Assembly: GCA_964016885.1 (NCBI GenBank) | Contig: OZ024752.1 | Location: 30,380,001-30,444,000, forward strand | Source: Eledone cirrhosa | Lineage: Eukaryota | Reading direction: 5' to 3' | DNA length: 64,000 nucleotides | Part shown: positions 27,593-42,330 of the stretch, one piece after another | Position numbering within the stretch: position 1 is the stretch's first letter | Layout of the letters: the number at the start of each line of letters is the position of its first letter | Notes under the pieces: generated by a model | Told to the model about the DNA's origin: nothing | The model's database searches: none | The model's input: the letters and a program-made list of their open reading frames with translations, nothing else | Position numbers and translations under genes: made by a program

Positions 27593-29737
27593 ATATATAT
27601 TATAATATAATGCATTGACTGACCTTTTGTCTATATAGAAGGTTTCTGAATTCATGTGCCAAGTAAATTGATGATTATTTATATATTTTGTTTACTTTTA
27701 CCAGTTTCAGCTGTGTTTACAGCCGCTTCAAGTCTTTCAAAAATTGTTTTTCATTTGTGTTTAAGATAAAAAGTTTAAAATGTTTAATTTATAGTATGAT
27801 TTGATGAGAAGTGTATATGAATAGAATATACATGTGGATTCTTGACATTTACCACTTATTCAGCATCTCTTGTCATCACATTCAATATTTTAAGGGACAG
27901 TCCACCTCGTGGTCTCGCCTGACAGAATGGAGATGGCATTGCTTCAGAGGATGGTGAGGGAGACACATTGGAACAGCTACTCTACTTTGCGTACATGAAA
28001 TACAATAGTTTCCAAGGTTTTTAAAAAATGCAATTATATAAATTCTGTTGATAATTATATTTCAATATTCTATGATCTGAGTTTAAATCCTGCCGAGGTT
28101 AACTTTGCCTTTCATCTTTATGGGATCTATAAAATAAAGTACCAGTAATGCACTGAGGTCAATTTAATCGACTTTCCCTTCCCCCAAATTGTTGGCCTTG
28201 TGCCTAAATCAGAAACCAATATTTTACTTAAATAGTATTTTTTAAATTTGTTTTCTAGACTGAGTCCCTTGTTTGTTTGTTTTTCTAAATCTATAAGGGC
28301 TATTGTTGTATGGTGTGTGTGTGTAGTGGTGTGGTGGTGGGGTAAGGTTGAGAAGGAAATAATTTGCCTACAAAATATGTTAATTTATATTAACAAAGTA
28401 ATAGAAAAATACAGAATGATTTGCAGACAAACATTACTACATTACTTCTAACTAATTCCAATATATATATTTAATTAATTAAGTATTATTTATTGGCAAT
28501 TAAATAATGTGTCCAAAGTTACAAGTGATTACAATATAGTCATTAATATTGTATAAGGTTTCTCCCTGTTCTTGAGAGATGTAGGACACTGATATCTAGA
28601 TGACATTTCACAATGATACAAAACAAATAAGTTATGTATGCAATGTTAATCTATCTAATAGCAAAGTTAAATTAATTCTGTAATAGTATCAGACTTGGAA
28701 GGTGTGTTGCTTAGTGGTTAGGCTGTTGGTCTGGCTCATGGGAGTTCAATTCCTGGACTAGGTGGTATATTGTGACCTTGAGTAGCATATTTTATTTCAC
28801 ATTTCTCCAATTCACTCAGCTGGAAAAAAAGTTGTACCTGTATTTCTAAGGGTCAGTTTTGTCACACACAGTGTTATGCTGAATCTCCCTGAGAACTACA
28901 TTAAACATGTGGAATGTGCTGCCCTTTACATGTTAATTTAATGAGCAATCTGTATTGTTGTTCAAACAATTTGGAACATTCATCATTGGAACAACTGAGG
29001 TCCAACTAACATTGTATCTAACAAGATACTTTTAGTTGAAATATTCGCTTTATAGGTGTAGAGTTGAGATTGTACCTCATTACATTATACAGTTCTCTGT
29101 TTGATATTAACTGAAGCTGCCTCTGGTTCTATAATACAAACGGTTTATATTTATCGAAAAACCCTCTCATTATTTTATGTAAGAGCCTTTATGTTCTAAA
29201 CACGAGATTAATGATGAAAAATTTAGTCATGTTACTAAATCTGAAATTTTTGATTATTTTCAAAATGATAGTGTTTTGTTGTTTTGTTTTGTGTTTTTCA
29301 TTTAGAAATAAAATAACGAAAGAGTTAACACTTTCTTTCATCACTTAACTAGCAGCAGTTCAAGTATGTATATGTAGAGAGTGAGAGAGAGATTCCCTCA
29401 GCAGGGGAGAAATTGAATTGTTGAGTAAGAAAAAAAATAATTTCACACAAGAATAGATTGGATCATTATTTAAAATAAGCCTTTAGTGCCTGAGGATAAA
29501 TGGCTGAATTACTGACAGTGTGTGCTTATAATTTTATTCATTCAACCTATCTGAAAATAGGTAATAGTTATAAAGCCCTTCCTTGAATAATTCATACAAA
29601 AATGTTAGATTGTGCTAAACTGTCTCAAAATTGATTTAAAATAGTTTGCATGCAAAAACATTTATCTATAAGCTTTTGAAATTAATTTTAAAAAAAACAC
29701 ATTTCCCCTTTTGAATTTTACAATGTTATTCATTAAA

Positions 29738-29985
29738 TATGTATAGAATATTATATACCAATATCCACTGTTATTAACTATGTATAGAATATTATATACC
29801 AATATCCACTGTATATTAACTATGTATAGAATATTATATACCAATATCCACTGTATATTAACTATGTATAGAATATTATATAATAATCAGAAAAAATGAA
29901 ATAATAATATTCACTTTATATTAACTATTTATAGATTATATAGTAATACTGTATATCAACTATGTATAGAATATTATATAGTAAT
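29738..29985. repeat. 42-bp AT-rich tandem repeat (~3.5 good copies plus degenerate copies)
   Basis: tatgtatagaatattatataccaatatccactgtatattaac. Confidence 0.85.
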
Positions 29986-31050
29986 ACTAACTATATAACT
30001 ACTGAATATTTTTTATACCATTTGCTATTGATTTATGACATTCTAAAATGTTATTGCTGTAGATTCTTTGCATCCATCTATCCATCCAGTAAGTTTTTCT
30101 CCTGTCCTATTATATAAGATATTAAAGCCTATTGTACAAAAAGTAGGTCTAATTCAGATTGCTTACCTAAATCCTATTGTTTATAGTTATCTATTATTTG
30201 TTTAAATATATTCAACTAATTTCATCCAAGTTTAAGCTTAAAAGTATCATCAGCCTTAAGTATTATTTAGAATGTATTAATTTGTTTCTCTTGGTTGAGA
30301 TAAAAAGAAGAAACAAGCCAAATATATACAGTATTTCATTCTGCTGCTAAGATGGTAGACTATCAACTATAATCATAAATTCTAATCTTACTAGTGTCAT
30401 CATTTTCTGTTACCTTATAGGACATATAATGCTGCATACTAACAAATTTCTATTTGAATTTTACAATAGAATGTTTTATGGCAACTAGGTTCTGAACATC
30501 AAAATAATTGTTTCAACAAAATGCAAAGATTCAAAATTGTGAAACTTTAATCCTTTTTGCTTAAATGGAAATCTCAAAGTTAAATTTTTTTTTTAAACTT
30601 GTGTAGCTGGAAAAATATAGAAGATTTTTGTTAAATAATTTTAAATATGATGGATATTGCTCTCATTTATTGTATTAGAAAGATTGAAGGCTTGTGGGTT
30701 TTTTTTAGTAGGGAAGACAGCTAGGGAGTGTTTTGAACATAAGACATTGCTACATTTCAAATAATTTTGAAAATAATCGAGAATTTGGAGGGATTTAGTA
30801 AAAGAATTAACTTTCTCATTGCTAAGTTGGAGTTTCGAACATAGCTTAACAAAGGCTCTTATATCAAATTATGTTAGTAAGTTTTTAGATAAATATAAAC
30901 ACTTTAAAATAATCTTAAATGCCACATTTTTTAACTATTGTATTGTATAGCATATAGAGGCTGCACAGATAAGGCAAGGGAAGAATACTATGATATGAGC
31001 CAACAAAAAAAACACAAAAAAACTTGAGTATTCCTTGGTAGCATTATTGC

Positions 31051-31232
31051 TTGGCAGTATCGGTAGAGGATCGGACGCCATGCTTTCCAGCATAGTTACG
31101 ACCCTTTATGATCTGAGTTCAAATCCCGCCGAGGTTGACTTTGCCTTTCATCCTTACGGGGTCGATAAAATAAAGTACCAGTAATGCACTGGGTAATTGC
31201 TGGCCTTGTGCCTAAAGTAGAAACAATTATTG
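31051..31232 (+). mobile_element. Young Meta-like SINE, subfamily B
   Basis: ttccagcatagttacg diagnostic segment; TSD attattgct. Confidence 0.9.
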
Positions 31233-31527
31233 CTACCAAACATCTCTGGAGGAACAAAACTGTTAAAAGGTGCTGCTATCTTTATTATTTCATGTCAACT
31301 GCTAATGAAAGGAATGTTTCACAGTGCAAACTTATGTAAAATTCTCCTGTCACCTGAACCTTTTAGAACCTTTGTATTTTAGTATAATACTATACTAGAT
31401 ATTGGTACAGCATGGCTTAATTTGGAAGACTAAAGGAATTTATAAATGTCTTTGTTATGATGTTATATATTATGTTTGTGTGAGCATTGAAAACACTTGA
31501 AATTAAAAGGATATAATAAGGTTGGTG

Positions 31528-32020
31528 AAGGTGTGTGACCTAGTGGTGTGTTGGACTTACGATCATAACATTGTGGGTTCAATTCCTGGACTGGGTTGTG
31601 TATTGTGTTGATGAGCAAAACACTTCATTTCACATTATTTCCAAAGTTAACCTCGGCGGGATTTGAACTCAGAATGGCAAGGGCCGTAACTCTATGCGCC
31701 ATCCTTTGATGCATAGAGTTATGGCCCTTGCCATTCTGAGTTCAAATTCCGCCGAGGTTAACTTTGCCTTTCATCCTTACGGGGTCGAAAAAATAAAGTA
31801 CCAGTAATGCACTGGGTATTTGCTGGCCTTGTGCCAAAAGTAGAAACAATTATTTCCGTATACTCAGCTGAAAATAAATACTAGCAATGGCTGGGAGTTT
31901 GACCCTGTGATGGACTGACATCCTGTCCTGTTGGAAATCTTGTACACTCAGTCACTTAATGTCATAGAAACCAGGATCAACACCAGCCTGATGAGTCTCC
32001 AGGGTTGAGACAGAGTTTAG
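31528..32020 (+). mobile_element. Older V-like SINE interrupted by a Meta-like SINE with an inverted 5' duplication (31642-31852)
   Basis: Host reads ..cacttcatttcacattatttcc [insert] attatttccgtatactcagctg; TSD attatttcc. Confidence 0.85.
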
Positions 32021-34123
32021 ACTAATAAGGTTGGACTTTGAGAAATGTAGTGGTAGGTACATTTATTTGCAAACTTTTATTATAGTTTTGTCTCTCTGTA
32101 TATTGACTGGACTGATTTGCTCTGATGCATCTACAAATGTCTTGTATTGTATGAGAGTTCTAATTTTGGAGTGATGTGATTTTTATGTGGTAGGTTAGTG
32201 AAATGTAATTGTTTGTCTTTATATAGATTTATATTTAATGGCTGTTTTGCAGCTTGCGTAAATACACATGTCTGCAGTGTTATCTCTATCAAAGATGTAA
32301 CCATTTATAAGTTTGTTATTTATTAAACCATAAACTGGTGTATACTTGTGTGTTATGTTTCCTTTCCTGGTGATAATTGTCACCACCTCAAACTAGATTT
32401 TCTTTATGATGGCAAATCAATAAACTTCACGTCATTAATTTGTTTCTTCAATTGACTATTAACATTTCAAATTTTCTTCCTTTTTTGAGTTAAAAGATGG
32501 CTGATAAATGAAATATCTTAAGTATCAAAGTTAAGTAAAGATTCATTTTAAAGGAGATTAGCCACAATATCAGATCAAAGAATTGTACAGACCAATATTT
32601 GCTAGCTCGTGGAGTTCATGCTTTTGTAACAAAAAGTTCTTGCTTTATTCAGTGGTAAGAAACTCTCAGGAGAGCTGGCCAGTAGGAGGCCTTCAGAGAA
32701 GAGCCCTCAAGAAAGTGTTTCGGCCGTTAACTTGTACAGACCTTTCTTTGCTAGTTCATGGAACTGATGGCTTTGTAACAAAAGGTTCTTGCTTCATTCT
32801 ACCAGAAAGTAGAATTAGACATTTTCTATGCCTGAGGCTAATATAAAATGATTTTATTTTTTAAAATCAAATCAAAACATGAATAAAAAATTTGAAGCAG
32901 AGTTGAACCTCTGCACTCCAACATTTTGAAGCTTATGTTCATTAATCCTTATAATATTCTATCAAATAAAGTTATATAAAATGAGTGTTTTAAATAAACA
33001 ACACCTTATTGTTTTATTTTCATACTCGTGATGCTTGTATTTTCCTGGTTGTACATTTTTATAAGATTTGTCATACTCAAATATAAGCCGAGGAATATGT
33101 GACTAAAAGATCAATGGCAAAATGAGAGATCGATTTATATATGCCATCTAAACAATGTGTTGATTAGCTGTCTTGGTTTACAAATGGGGTTTAGATTTTC
33201 TCACATAAAATAGGGGAGGCAGTCACTTATATTCAGATTGGGTTATATACAAATATATACGATAGTTACATTGCAAGTGTTATTTTAATGAGGGTAGTGG
33301 GGGTGGGGGTGGAAGCTTAATGTTTACAAGAGTGTGCCAGTATACCAGATGAAGACAGAATAGAATAGTGCAGAGTTTTAGAGATGCTATCTATTTGTAA
33401 AGCTAATATGGAAGTGATTGGCTGCTGCTGTAATATATACTTGTATGAATATTGTATTCCATATTGATTATAGAATACAGAAATCGTTTGATAAACTGTA
33501 TCATCTGTATCATGTACTTTCCTTAAATATCAATATTGATTTTTCACTAATCTAAAACACCATTTTACAAATTGTATTGCTGGTTTTTAATGTTTATTTA
33601 TAGCAATGATTCAGATGTTACTAAACAGATATTTTTACCTGAACATCATCATATCACCTATTATTGGCTATTACAGGTGGCTTAATTAATCTTTGATTGG
33701 TTCAAACATAACAGCTAATGTGAAGTTAGAGTAAGATATACATTGCAATCTATATTGTCCTCTATCCATTGCAAGCAGTATGTATGAAGGTTGGCTGAAA
33801 AGTTTATAAGCTAACCAAGATACTCTCATGGAATCCTTGTAGATTGTAATACTGTCAATAGCTTCTTTACAATATACATCTAAGCTGGAGGTGGAGGATA
33901 CTCATTTGGATGTCACACATTTACATATACTTCATGTGAAAATTGATAGCTTTTTTGTGACTTACTAAATGACACAGTCACTAGTTCTCCTCTATTAGAT
34001 TATTCCCTATTCCTAGTAGAACAAATTGTCAATCTTTAATATTGATATTGCCAGCTGCTGACTTACTGACACACAAGCTCTGGGTTCATGCTGTATCATT
34101 AGAGACAAGCACTTACTTTGTGG

Positions 34124-34532
34124 TTAACCCATTGCCCTATATTTACTATTATATTTTCACGGTAACAGCTTTACCTCACATAATTATATCACATAATTTC
34201 AAATCTATGAGATTTTTATAGTATTTATTTTGAAAACAATACCTTAATCTCAGTATGAGCAGCTGGTTACAGCCAGTTTGAACAGAAAGGGGTGAGGGAA
34301 TGCTGGCTGGATATGGCTGGTTTAAATACTAAAAGGTTAATCCTTTAGCATTTACATTAACTCTATATATACTATTGTATTTTTGTGGTAAAGACTTTAT
34401 CTTACATAATTATCTCACAATATATCGAATCTTTGAGATTTTGATGTTATTTATTTTGAGAACAATACCTTAACATCAGTATGAGCAGCAGGTTACAGCC
34501 AATTTGAACAGAAAGAGGTGAAAGAATTCCAG
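34124..34532 (-). mobile_element. Two head-to-tail piggyBac-type MITEs sharing one TTAA (34337-34340)
   Basis: ..tttaaatactaaaagg-TTAA-tcctttagcatttacatt.. Confidence 0.85.
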
Positions 34533-37067
34533 ACAAACAATACTAAAATAACCAATTTTGCTAAGAGGTCTCTTAATTAACCTTAGATATAAAGTTTGTT
34601 TTTTTACATACTCTGCCCCCATGACCCTCCCAGGAATAAGTAGGCAAAGAAGAAGAAGAATATACAGCAATTTAAATCTAAATACATTAAGATGCATTAT
34701 TCTTCATGGTTTACTTACTCTACCTCACCAATGCTATATATCTAAAATAGTTCAATCAACAAGATCCCAGACATCAATCGCTTACCGAGTGAAGTGGAAC
34801 TCGTCAAATTGAACCAAGAAAACGTTTCCATTGGTCTTTTCATTGCTGATATTATCTACCGGTCACAACTCCTGGCAGAATATTTAAATTAACTTTGTCT
34901 TATACTTAAGATATCTAGATTCAGATCATGTATTGTTTACAAATTTACAATTTATACACTGTTCTTTTAGGGTTATTAAAGTATCCATTAAAATCAAATT
35001 TTAAAGTATCCTCTACATTCTTAGATTCTTCTGGGGGTTTTTTGTGGGGTGGTTTTAGTGGAGAATTAATTTTCTATAAAACGATTTAGTTACCAGAGCT
35101 ACATTTTAAAATTACTTCATTCCTTTTCTGCTATATAGTAATCTTGGTTATATATTTCTAAATTGAAATTGACAGAACGTGTTAACCTTCTTTGATTTTG
35201 AATTATCTCTTTCTAGACTACTTCTCAGAAGCTATATACTTCGTAACATATGATATTGATTGTGACTGATAATTAGGTACAAAGGAAGCAAGAAAGTTTC
35301 TTATTTTGTGATCATAATTTGCCATATATTTGTCCTGCACCCATTGTTCAATGTTAATAAAATAGAAAAAAAAGTTTGTAGGTAATAAGAAAATTCTGTC
35401 TGTTAGGGGGCCAATTACACTGGTGTTTTTTTTAGATCAAGACAAAGATTTTTAAATGCTCTTCTTTATTGGAAGGCAATATTGAGTTATGCTGCAGAAC
35501 AATCTTATCAATGGCAATCTTTGAAACAATACTATTTTGAATGTTACAATACTTCTAAAAGGACAATGAGAAATTGTAAACTGTAATTGTAAGCTTTAGA
35601 AATGATCATAATTAACAGTTCTGATTTACTGTAAGAGGGATTTATTTTGGAATTTTATTCTTCTTCTTTGCCAGCTTTCCAGCAGGTCTTATCAAAGGTA
35701 GCTGTCTCCAAGCTCATGGATGTAATTCAGCCATTGGGTCTACTGTCACCTAGTTTTACCTATAAAATCTGTCCAGCAATTCTTTCCTGAGACATTCTAA
35801 CCACATGTCCATAGAATCAGAGCTGTGATCTTTCAATTCTGAGAAGTAGTGGCTCTACCTGGAGCAACTCTCTAATCTCCAAGTTACTCCTTCTATTGAT
35901 AGTTTTACTATATTAAATCTTAATATTTATTACAACTTATTTAATTTCAGTGTTATTTATCTAACATTAAAACATCAAGTCTCATATGAAATGGAAATTC
36001 TAGTTTTATTAAGATGTTACTACTATTACTACTACTACTACTGCTGCTAAATTCATCTACTTATTTGTGGTATATAATATTAGAATCAAATTTACCTTCA
36101 TAAATAGATGCTTAGTAAGATCTTGCAAACATTTTTCAAGCCATTTTGTAGGTTAGATGAATAATTTTAGCAATTAATGTTTTATAAAGACATAACTTAT
36201 AAATTGTATTTCAGTCTACATTTGTTTCATCAAAAGTCCTGTGAGATTTTATTAAATTTTTATAAAATTCTATTAATATAATTGCATTTAAGACTGAACT
36301 TTTTAAAATTTCATAATTAATATATTAATAAAATAAATGGAGAAACTATATTATATTTCCTATCTATATTTAATGCTATTTTTTTCCATACTTGCATAGG
36401 TTTCATACTCTCATCTGCATAACCAAAATTTCTGCCATATTCTAAATCATCTTCGACCTGTCTTTAACCCACATTCCCTCTGTTTTTAACAATTTGTTGC
36501 CAAAGGAGCTATACATCATATTTTTGTATTGTACATCTACACACTACAGTTGTATTGTGCATCTACACACTGCATCTACACATTCATTAGTTATTGTCTT
36601 TTGATATTCATACATATCTCTCAGTTTCTCTCTCTGTTATCTTCCCTCATCTCCCTCTTTCTTCATCTGCTTTTTATTTTCCTTCTCTCTCCATATTGCT
36701 GTTCTAAACATTCACTACCAAGGAACTACTCTGTTGTCATTTGTCAACAAATACAAATGGAACTAGACACATCATACCTCTTTGCCTCTTGTCCAACATT
36801 CATATACAGTTGTCCCATTATTAATGGTGTACAGTCCCCCTTTCTAGTTACTTTTTTCTTGAGTCATAGATACAACATCTCTCTTGGTTTACGACCAATA
36901 CTGAGCTGTGGAGGCGCTTAACAGAGGCCCTTTATGGTTTTAGGTATGTCACAAGAATGCCAACCTACCAACTAGCCCATCATGTATATAACATAAAGAT
37001 ATCTGATCACATGGTCAGAAGCTGACCTAGGAAGATATGGAAACTCTGATACCACGTCACACCAGAA

Positions 37068-37192
37068 ACTTTCCAACACATCACCTCAGGACAGGCCTTC
37101 CAACACATCACCTCAGGAGAAACCTTCCAACACATCACCTCAGGAGAAACCTTCCAACACATCACCTCAGGAGAAACCTTCCAACACATCAT
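37068..37192. repeat. 27-bp tandem repeat, ~4.5 copies
   Basis: ccttccaacacatcacctcaggagaaa. Confidence 0.92.
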
Positions 37193-39215
37193 ACAATAAA
37201 CAAGCCTTTTAGCTCATCACAAAATTGCTGTTTTTTCTTCTTGCAACACTATCAAAGGAAAGATAAAAGAAACACTAAGATGGACACACACATATGTCTT
37301 TAATGAAAACAAAGACATATACATATGTATATACATATTTATATACATACAACCAACTGCAGATGTAGTCATACATAAATTACCACTCATTTGTATTATT
37401 TTGTAGACATGGATACAAATGTTGTTGGAAAAGGCAAGCATTAAATAAATAAAAGATATACCAGCAATAAAAGATATACCAGCAATATATAAGGTAAATA
37501 GCATCCTGCTATTTACCTTATATTTCATTAAATAAATAAATAAAAATACCAGCAACAGTGTTGCATCCTGCTATTTCTCTTACATTTCTCTTGAATGACT
37601 CAAATTCATCTTGCAGTAACACACAACAGCTAAAGTAATATTTAGATATGTTGTTTTGCCCAATTAAAGTGATTGTTTTTGTTGGAAAAAAGAAAGAAAT
37701 CCTGAAATTGCTTTCTATAACATTTTTTTCATATCCACATGAAAGAATTGTAATATAAAAAACGAAAATGATTTCTTTTTTAAATTAATATAAGAATGTT
37801 TGTTCATAAATTGCTTATATAAGAAATTGCTTGATAGATAAGAAACACAAACCTGTAAAAAGTAGACAGTTTCAGTTGGATGGTCTTTGTGTTTCTGTAT
37901 AGAATAACTTCTGAGAAAGACATTTTTCTACATTATTTTTATTTTAGTGAAACTACAGTTTGTGTAAAAAGAAAAAAAAAATCAACATTACATTAACAAT
38001 ATATAATGAATAACACACATTAAAAAAATGATTTTTCTTACAAAGTAAAAATGATTTCAAGAAAAATATGTTCTAAAGTTTGAATTAAAGCTGCTAAAAT
38101 AAAGGGGATTCATTTTGAAGAATTAGTTACTTTAGAAAATAGTAAATTTTTGGTGGAAACCACCAACAATTAAACAGTAAAGGGTTGGATTCTTGCTATT
38201 TACAATGCCTCAGTTTTAAGGCCTGTCATGACTTCATTCAAGTAACATTTGAGCTAGTTTTGTCATGTGAGATGATTTGGCCAATCAGAGACTAGAAGTC
38301 ATCTTTGTTTTTTTTTCAATTGACCACACAACTCTCTCTCTCTTTCTCTCCATTCAATAACAATTATATGCAAGCAGTTTTATTTCACCCTTCTCCTTTA
38401 GTCTAAACTATGAGATACATTGGATTAAATGAAAAATATTTTTCCAATTGCTATTTCCACTGGTTTAAAATCGTGTACATTCTCAGCTTTTTGGTCTTTA
38501 CTGCTGACCATAATCAGCTTGTACACATTTGGTCTTACAAACAAGAAAACATGGTAATACAAATTGTTTAATTAACCTTTTGAAACATAAACACATGTAT
38601 GTACATTCTCACAAGCTTTTATTAATATCATATAAGTTGTTATTTGTAACTGCTATATTTTCAATGTTATCATTTTTAACCTGTATGTACAAATGACATA
38701 TCTAAATACTATTAAATTTATTGTCCCTATAAAACCAGAAGAGGTTTCTTTTCTGTTGGTATGTTGGTAATAAAGGGAAAACATGTTCTATAAATTATTA
38801 TTGTTGTCATCTCAGCCAATTCCTTTACTTTCCAACAATTAGTGAGCCCCTCCTCCACACACATACACAAATTCTGAACAAACAGCAATGTTTCTGATTG
38901 AGCAAACATTGTTTCCTGGTAAAATGGCAAAGCATATATTTACTGGTCTTTTTGTTTCTGGCAGGATTGGACACTGCATTTATTTACAAGTACATTTACT
39001 ATTAACAGCAACAACATTTTTATCACTCAAAATCCCTGCCATTACTATAACTACCTACACTCAGTTACTTTAGTCAGCCATATGAAAGAAAACGAGTGTT
39101 TTTTTCCTGAGCTTTCTGGTGTTCACAGAACATAACATTAGAGGTTACTTATTTTGCCAACATTAATGGCTCATGTCAGTCAGAAATAATAGTAGCAACT
39201 ATGATGTAGCAATCA

Positions 39216-39342
39216 CAAGTCATATGGTATATTGACCAGATCAGTGGCAATACAGCGTTACCATCATATCTTACACACCCAAGTCATATGGGACATTGAC
39301 CAGATCAGTGACAATACAGCTTTACCATCATATCTTACACAA
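39216..39342. repeat. ~64-bp direct tandem duplication
   Basis: caagtcatatgg..attgaccagatcagtg..taccatcatatcttacaca occurs twice. Confidence 0.85.
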
Positions 39343-39549
39343 GACAGTATAGTAGTGATAAACCACAACTAACTTAGAAATACCATCTCTCCATAGAAAA
39401 TGAGAAATCAGTAGAATTATGGTTTTAATTTCTGGTTTCCTGTGTAACAGAATATGACTTGTTCAGGAGATTGGGGAGAAGTGGTGGTGGTGGTGATGGA
39501 GTCACTGAATAGAAGAGTTGACATATGTTGTGTGCAGGTGACAAGATTT

Positions 39550-40230
39550 GAAAAAAATGTGGTGGATGAATGGTGAGAGGAAGACAAGGACCGAAGTCCA
39601 AGGATGTCTGGAAGGTGTGCATAGTGTTGATGTCTGGATTTCTGTAAAGTTTGGAGGTGGTGTAGTGAATGTGACTTGGTTAAGTGAAGAGTTGATGGTG
39701 AAATTGGTGATTGAAAAGTTCTTGGTGAACATCTTAGGATATATTCCACAGGCAAGTCAGAGGATTGAAGTGAGAGACAAGTTTTGGTGTGTAATAAAGA
39801 TGATTGTAAACTTAGAAGATGAGGAATTTAGAATAGATTTGAATGGAGTTGAGGGAAGGAGTATGGATAGTTTTGAAGGAGCAGAGGAAATATCAACCAA
39901 GGGTGAAGGTAAGAGAGAGGAAGGCAAACAATAAATTGCAGAAGATGATGGGAATAGAACTAGTGATGAATGTTGTGAGGGAAAATGGAATGAGATGGTT
40001 GGGTCATGTGTTGAGGAGGGATGAAAGTGAGAGAGGTAATGGAAATGAATGTGGAAGAAAGTAGAGGAAAGGAAAGACCAAGAAACTTATGACTAAAGTT
40101 GATGGAGGAGAAAATGAAAGCTAGAGGAGGATGTAGATGATAGGGGAAAAAAATGAAGCTTGTCATGGACCCCCTTCAAGGCTAACTCCTACTTTAACAG
40201 GGAAGATGGCCTTAATGTTTGTTGTTGTTA
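39550..40230 (+). mobile_element. Decayed, internally deleted RTE-like LINE
   Basis: Endonuclease-like GYIPQ..RDKFW followed by C-terminal MRWLGHVLRR and RGKGRPR; (TTG)n tail. Confidence 0.7.
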
Positions 40231-40468
40231 ATTCTTTAAATGTGTCTTTTTTTTTTTTTTCTAAATTATAATTAATCTTTGCAACTGTTTTAAACATATT
40301 TTCTTAGTAAACCTTCTAGCAACTTGTATTTCCTTTTACTCAAGTGATTTATCATGTATTCAAGTTTTTGTTTTATACACACAGACACACTACATGTAAC
40401 ATCTTCGATATGCAGCTAAACAGCAACAACACCCCCCCCTCTCTCCCACACACATATATATAAATACA

Positions 40469-40565
40469 CAGGGTGTCTAAAATAATGCATACATACTTTG
40501 ATTACCTGTATAGGCAATATTTATTAGAATGCACAGCCTTTGTTTATACATGTTTTTGGGACACC

Positions 40566-40570
<5 letters not shown>
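40469..40570. mobile_element. ~100-bp Tc1/mariner-type MITE
   Basis: TIR cagggtgtc/gacaccctg-TA; reversed second copy at 50466-50564. Confidence 0.75.
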
Positions 40571-40608
<38 letters not shown>

Positions 40609-41829
40609 TCTTTTTTTTCAGTCGGCCCCTTAGCTGTTTCGCCATCTGTTTTACTTTATTTTTGTTAATATATTTCATTATGTAGTTTTTGCTACCTATT
40701 CTATATTGATCCTTATCATTTGGTCTTTTCCCAACAATCTATGAATTGACTAATGTAAGCAACATCATTCAAATAACATTTTAGAGACTGTTAGCTATAT
40801 TTTTGTTATTTAAACATGACACAATTTTCTCTATTTACCTTCCTCAAGTAGCAGCAGCCATAGGCATGCTGTTTTACCTAGTTCTCTCTTAGCTCGGCAT
40901 TAGCACTTTGTTTTGACTTGACTTAATGAAACAATTGGTTCTCTTCCTGCTATCTCTAATTACAAACTACATTTGGCTGACTGATAAATTATTTGCTGTT
41001 GGCCATTTGAACTTGTGCACATTTGAACTTACAAGAAAATATGATTAATACTTTTTCTACAATACAAATTACTGAACTGGCTTTGTAAAAACACAAATAT
41101 ATACTGTTTTACCTCTTCCAACCCATAGGCGTTGGCCATTCTGGGGCATTCTCACAACCCATTATGCACATCTAACAAAATTTAATTTTTGTTGTGGTAT
41201 TTTCAGTGTTATATTTTCTAATCTATACTCATAAACCATATACTATCTAAATGCTTTCCATTTAGTGTATAAGACCAAAAAGATATGTTTTGTTTGTTTC
41301 GGTATGTAGAAAATAAAGTAAAAATAACAACAATTAATTATTGTTATTATCTCTGTGAACATTCCTTTAATTTTCTATAGGTTTAAAATTAAATAAAAAT
41401 TATTTATGTTTTATATCCATTTTCTATGCTTAGATGATTTTTGAAATTTTTTAACATTTGCATATAATTAGAACATATACTGTCACAAGGGGATCTCTAT
41501 CTGAAGGCTAACAACCCCTAAATTATGATAGAGCTGATTATACAAGCTGACCAATATAAACAAATCTTAAATATTGCTACAGATTATTCATATTGTGAAG
41601 CACAACATGATACAAAAGAAGTTCAGATCCGTAAACTATGTTGTTTCAACCTCACAACTATTATAAATTATTCAGAAAGTTTAATTTTCTTGTCAATTCA
41701 ACAGTCTTTCTCATCGCATAAACTTTATCATTTAAACATTTATAAATATTTTTGTAATATTAGAGTTTGAAGTATGCTAATTAAATAATATTTCAAATTA
41801 CATTACAATTTTCATTTCATACATTTCAG

Positions 41830-41928
41830 ATCATGCCTGACTTCTATCATATACAACATAAAAAAGTAGCCAAGCGATCTATTTATGCCAGTAAATCTCA
41901 TCAAGTGGCCTTAGCAGCGGAACCACAG
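41830..41928 (+). CDS. furin: Furin-like convertase exon A (prodomain): IMPDFYHIQHKKVAKRSIYASKSHQVALAAEPQ
   Basis: tttcag| acceptor and |gtaggt donor; 99 nt, phase 0/0; aligns by eye to human furin IFGDYYHFWHRGVTKRS...REPQ. Confidence 0.93.
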
Positions 41929-42101
41929 GTAGGTTTTTTTTTACTTTTAGATTTTTACAATAAATTGGTTTTACTTTGATAATTTTATTAAATAATCATC
42001 CACACTTTAAATAGATTTGCCTTTGTTTTGTATTAAATTATCGATGATTAGAATTCATCAAATATTTGTAAGGCTTCAAACTGGAGCTTATTTTAGCTTT
42101 A

Positions 42102-42330
42102 TTAACTCTTTAGCATTTATATTACTCTATATATACTATTATATTTTCGTGGTAAAGGTTTTACCTTATGTAATTATTTCACATAATATCGAATCTATGA
42201 GATTTTGATATTATTTATTTTGAGGACAATACCTTAACATCGGTATGAACGGCTGGTTACGACCAGTTTGAACAGAAAGAGGTGAGAGAATTCTGGCTGG
42301 ATACAGCCGATTTAAATGCTAAAAGGTCAA
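42102..42330 (-). mobile_element. piggyBac-type MITE, reverse orientation, 173 nt downstream of exon A
   Basis: ttaactctttagcatttatatt ... tttaaatgctaaaaggtcaa. Confidence 0.88.

Noticed and set aside
27895-27953. Possible 59-nt exon (ttttaag|...gatg|gtgagg)
   Set aside because: No furin similarity and a frame-shifting length; the adjacent GEGDTLEQLLYF looks like a decayed LINE zinc-knuckle region
31965-32015. CTGATGA followed by a gtctc/gagac hairpin, hammerhead-like
   Set aside because: No GAAA follows stem II; it is the stem-loop 3' tail of the host SINE
37007-37303. ORFs with CWKVSPEVM or THHLRRNLP repeats
   Set aside because: They are products of the 27-bp tandem repeat
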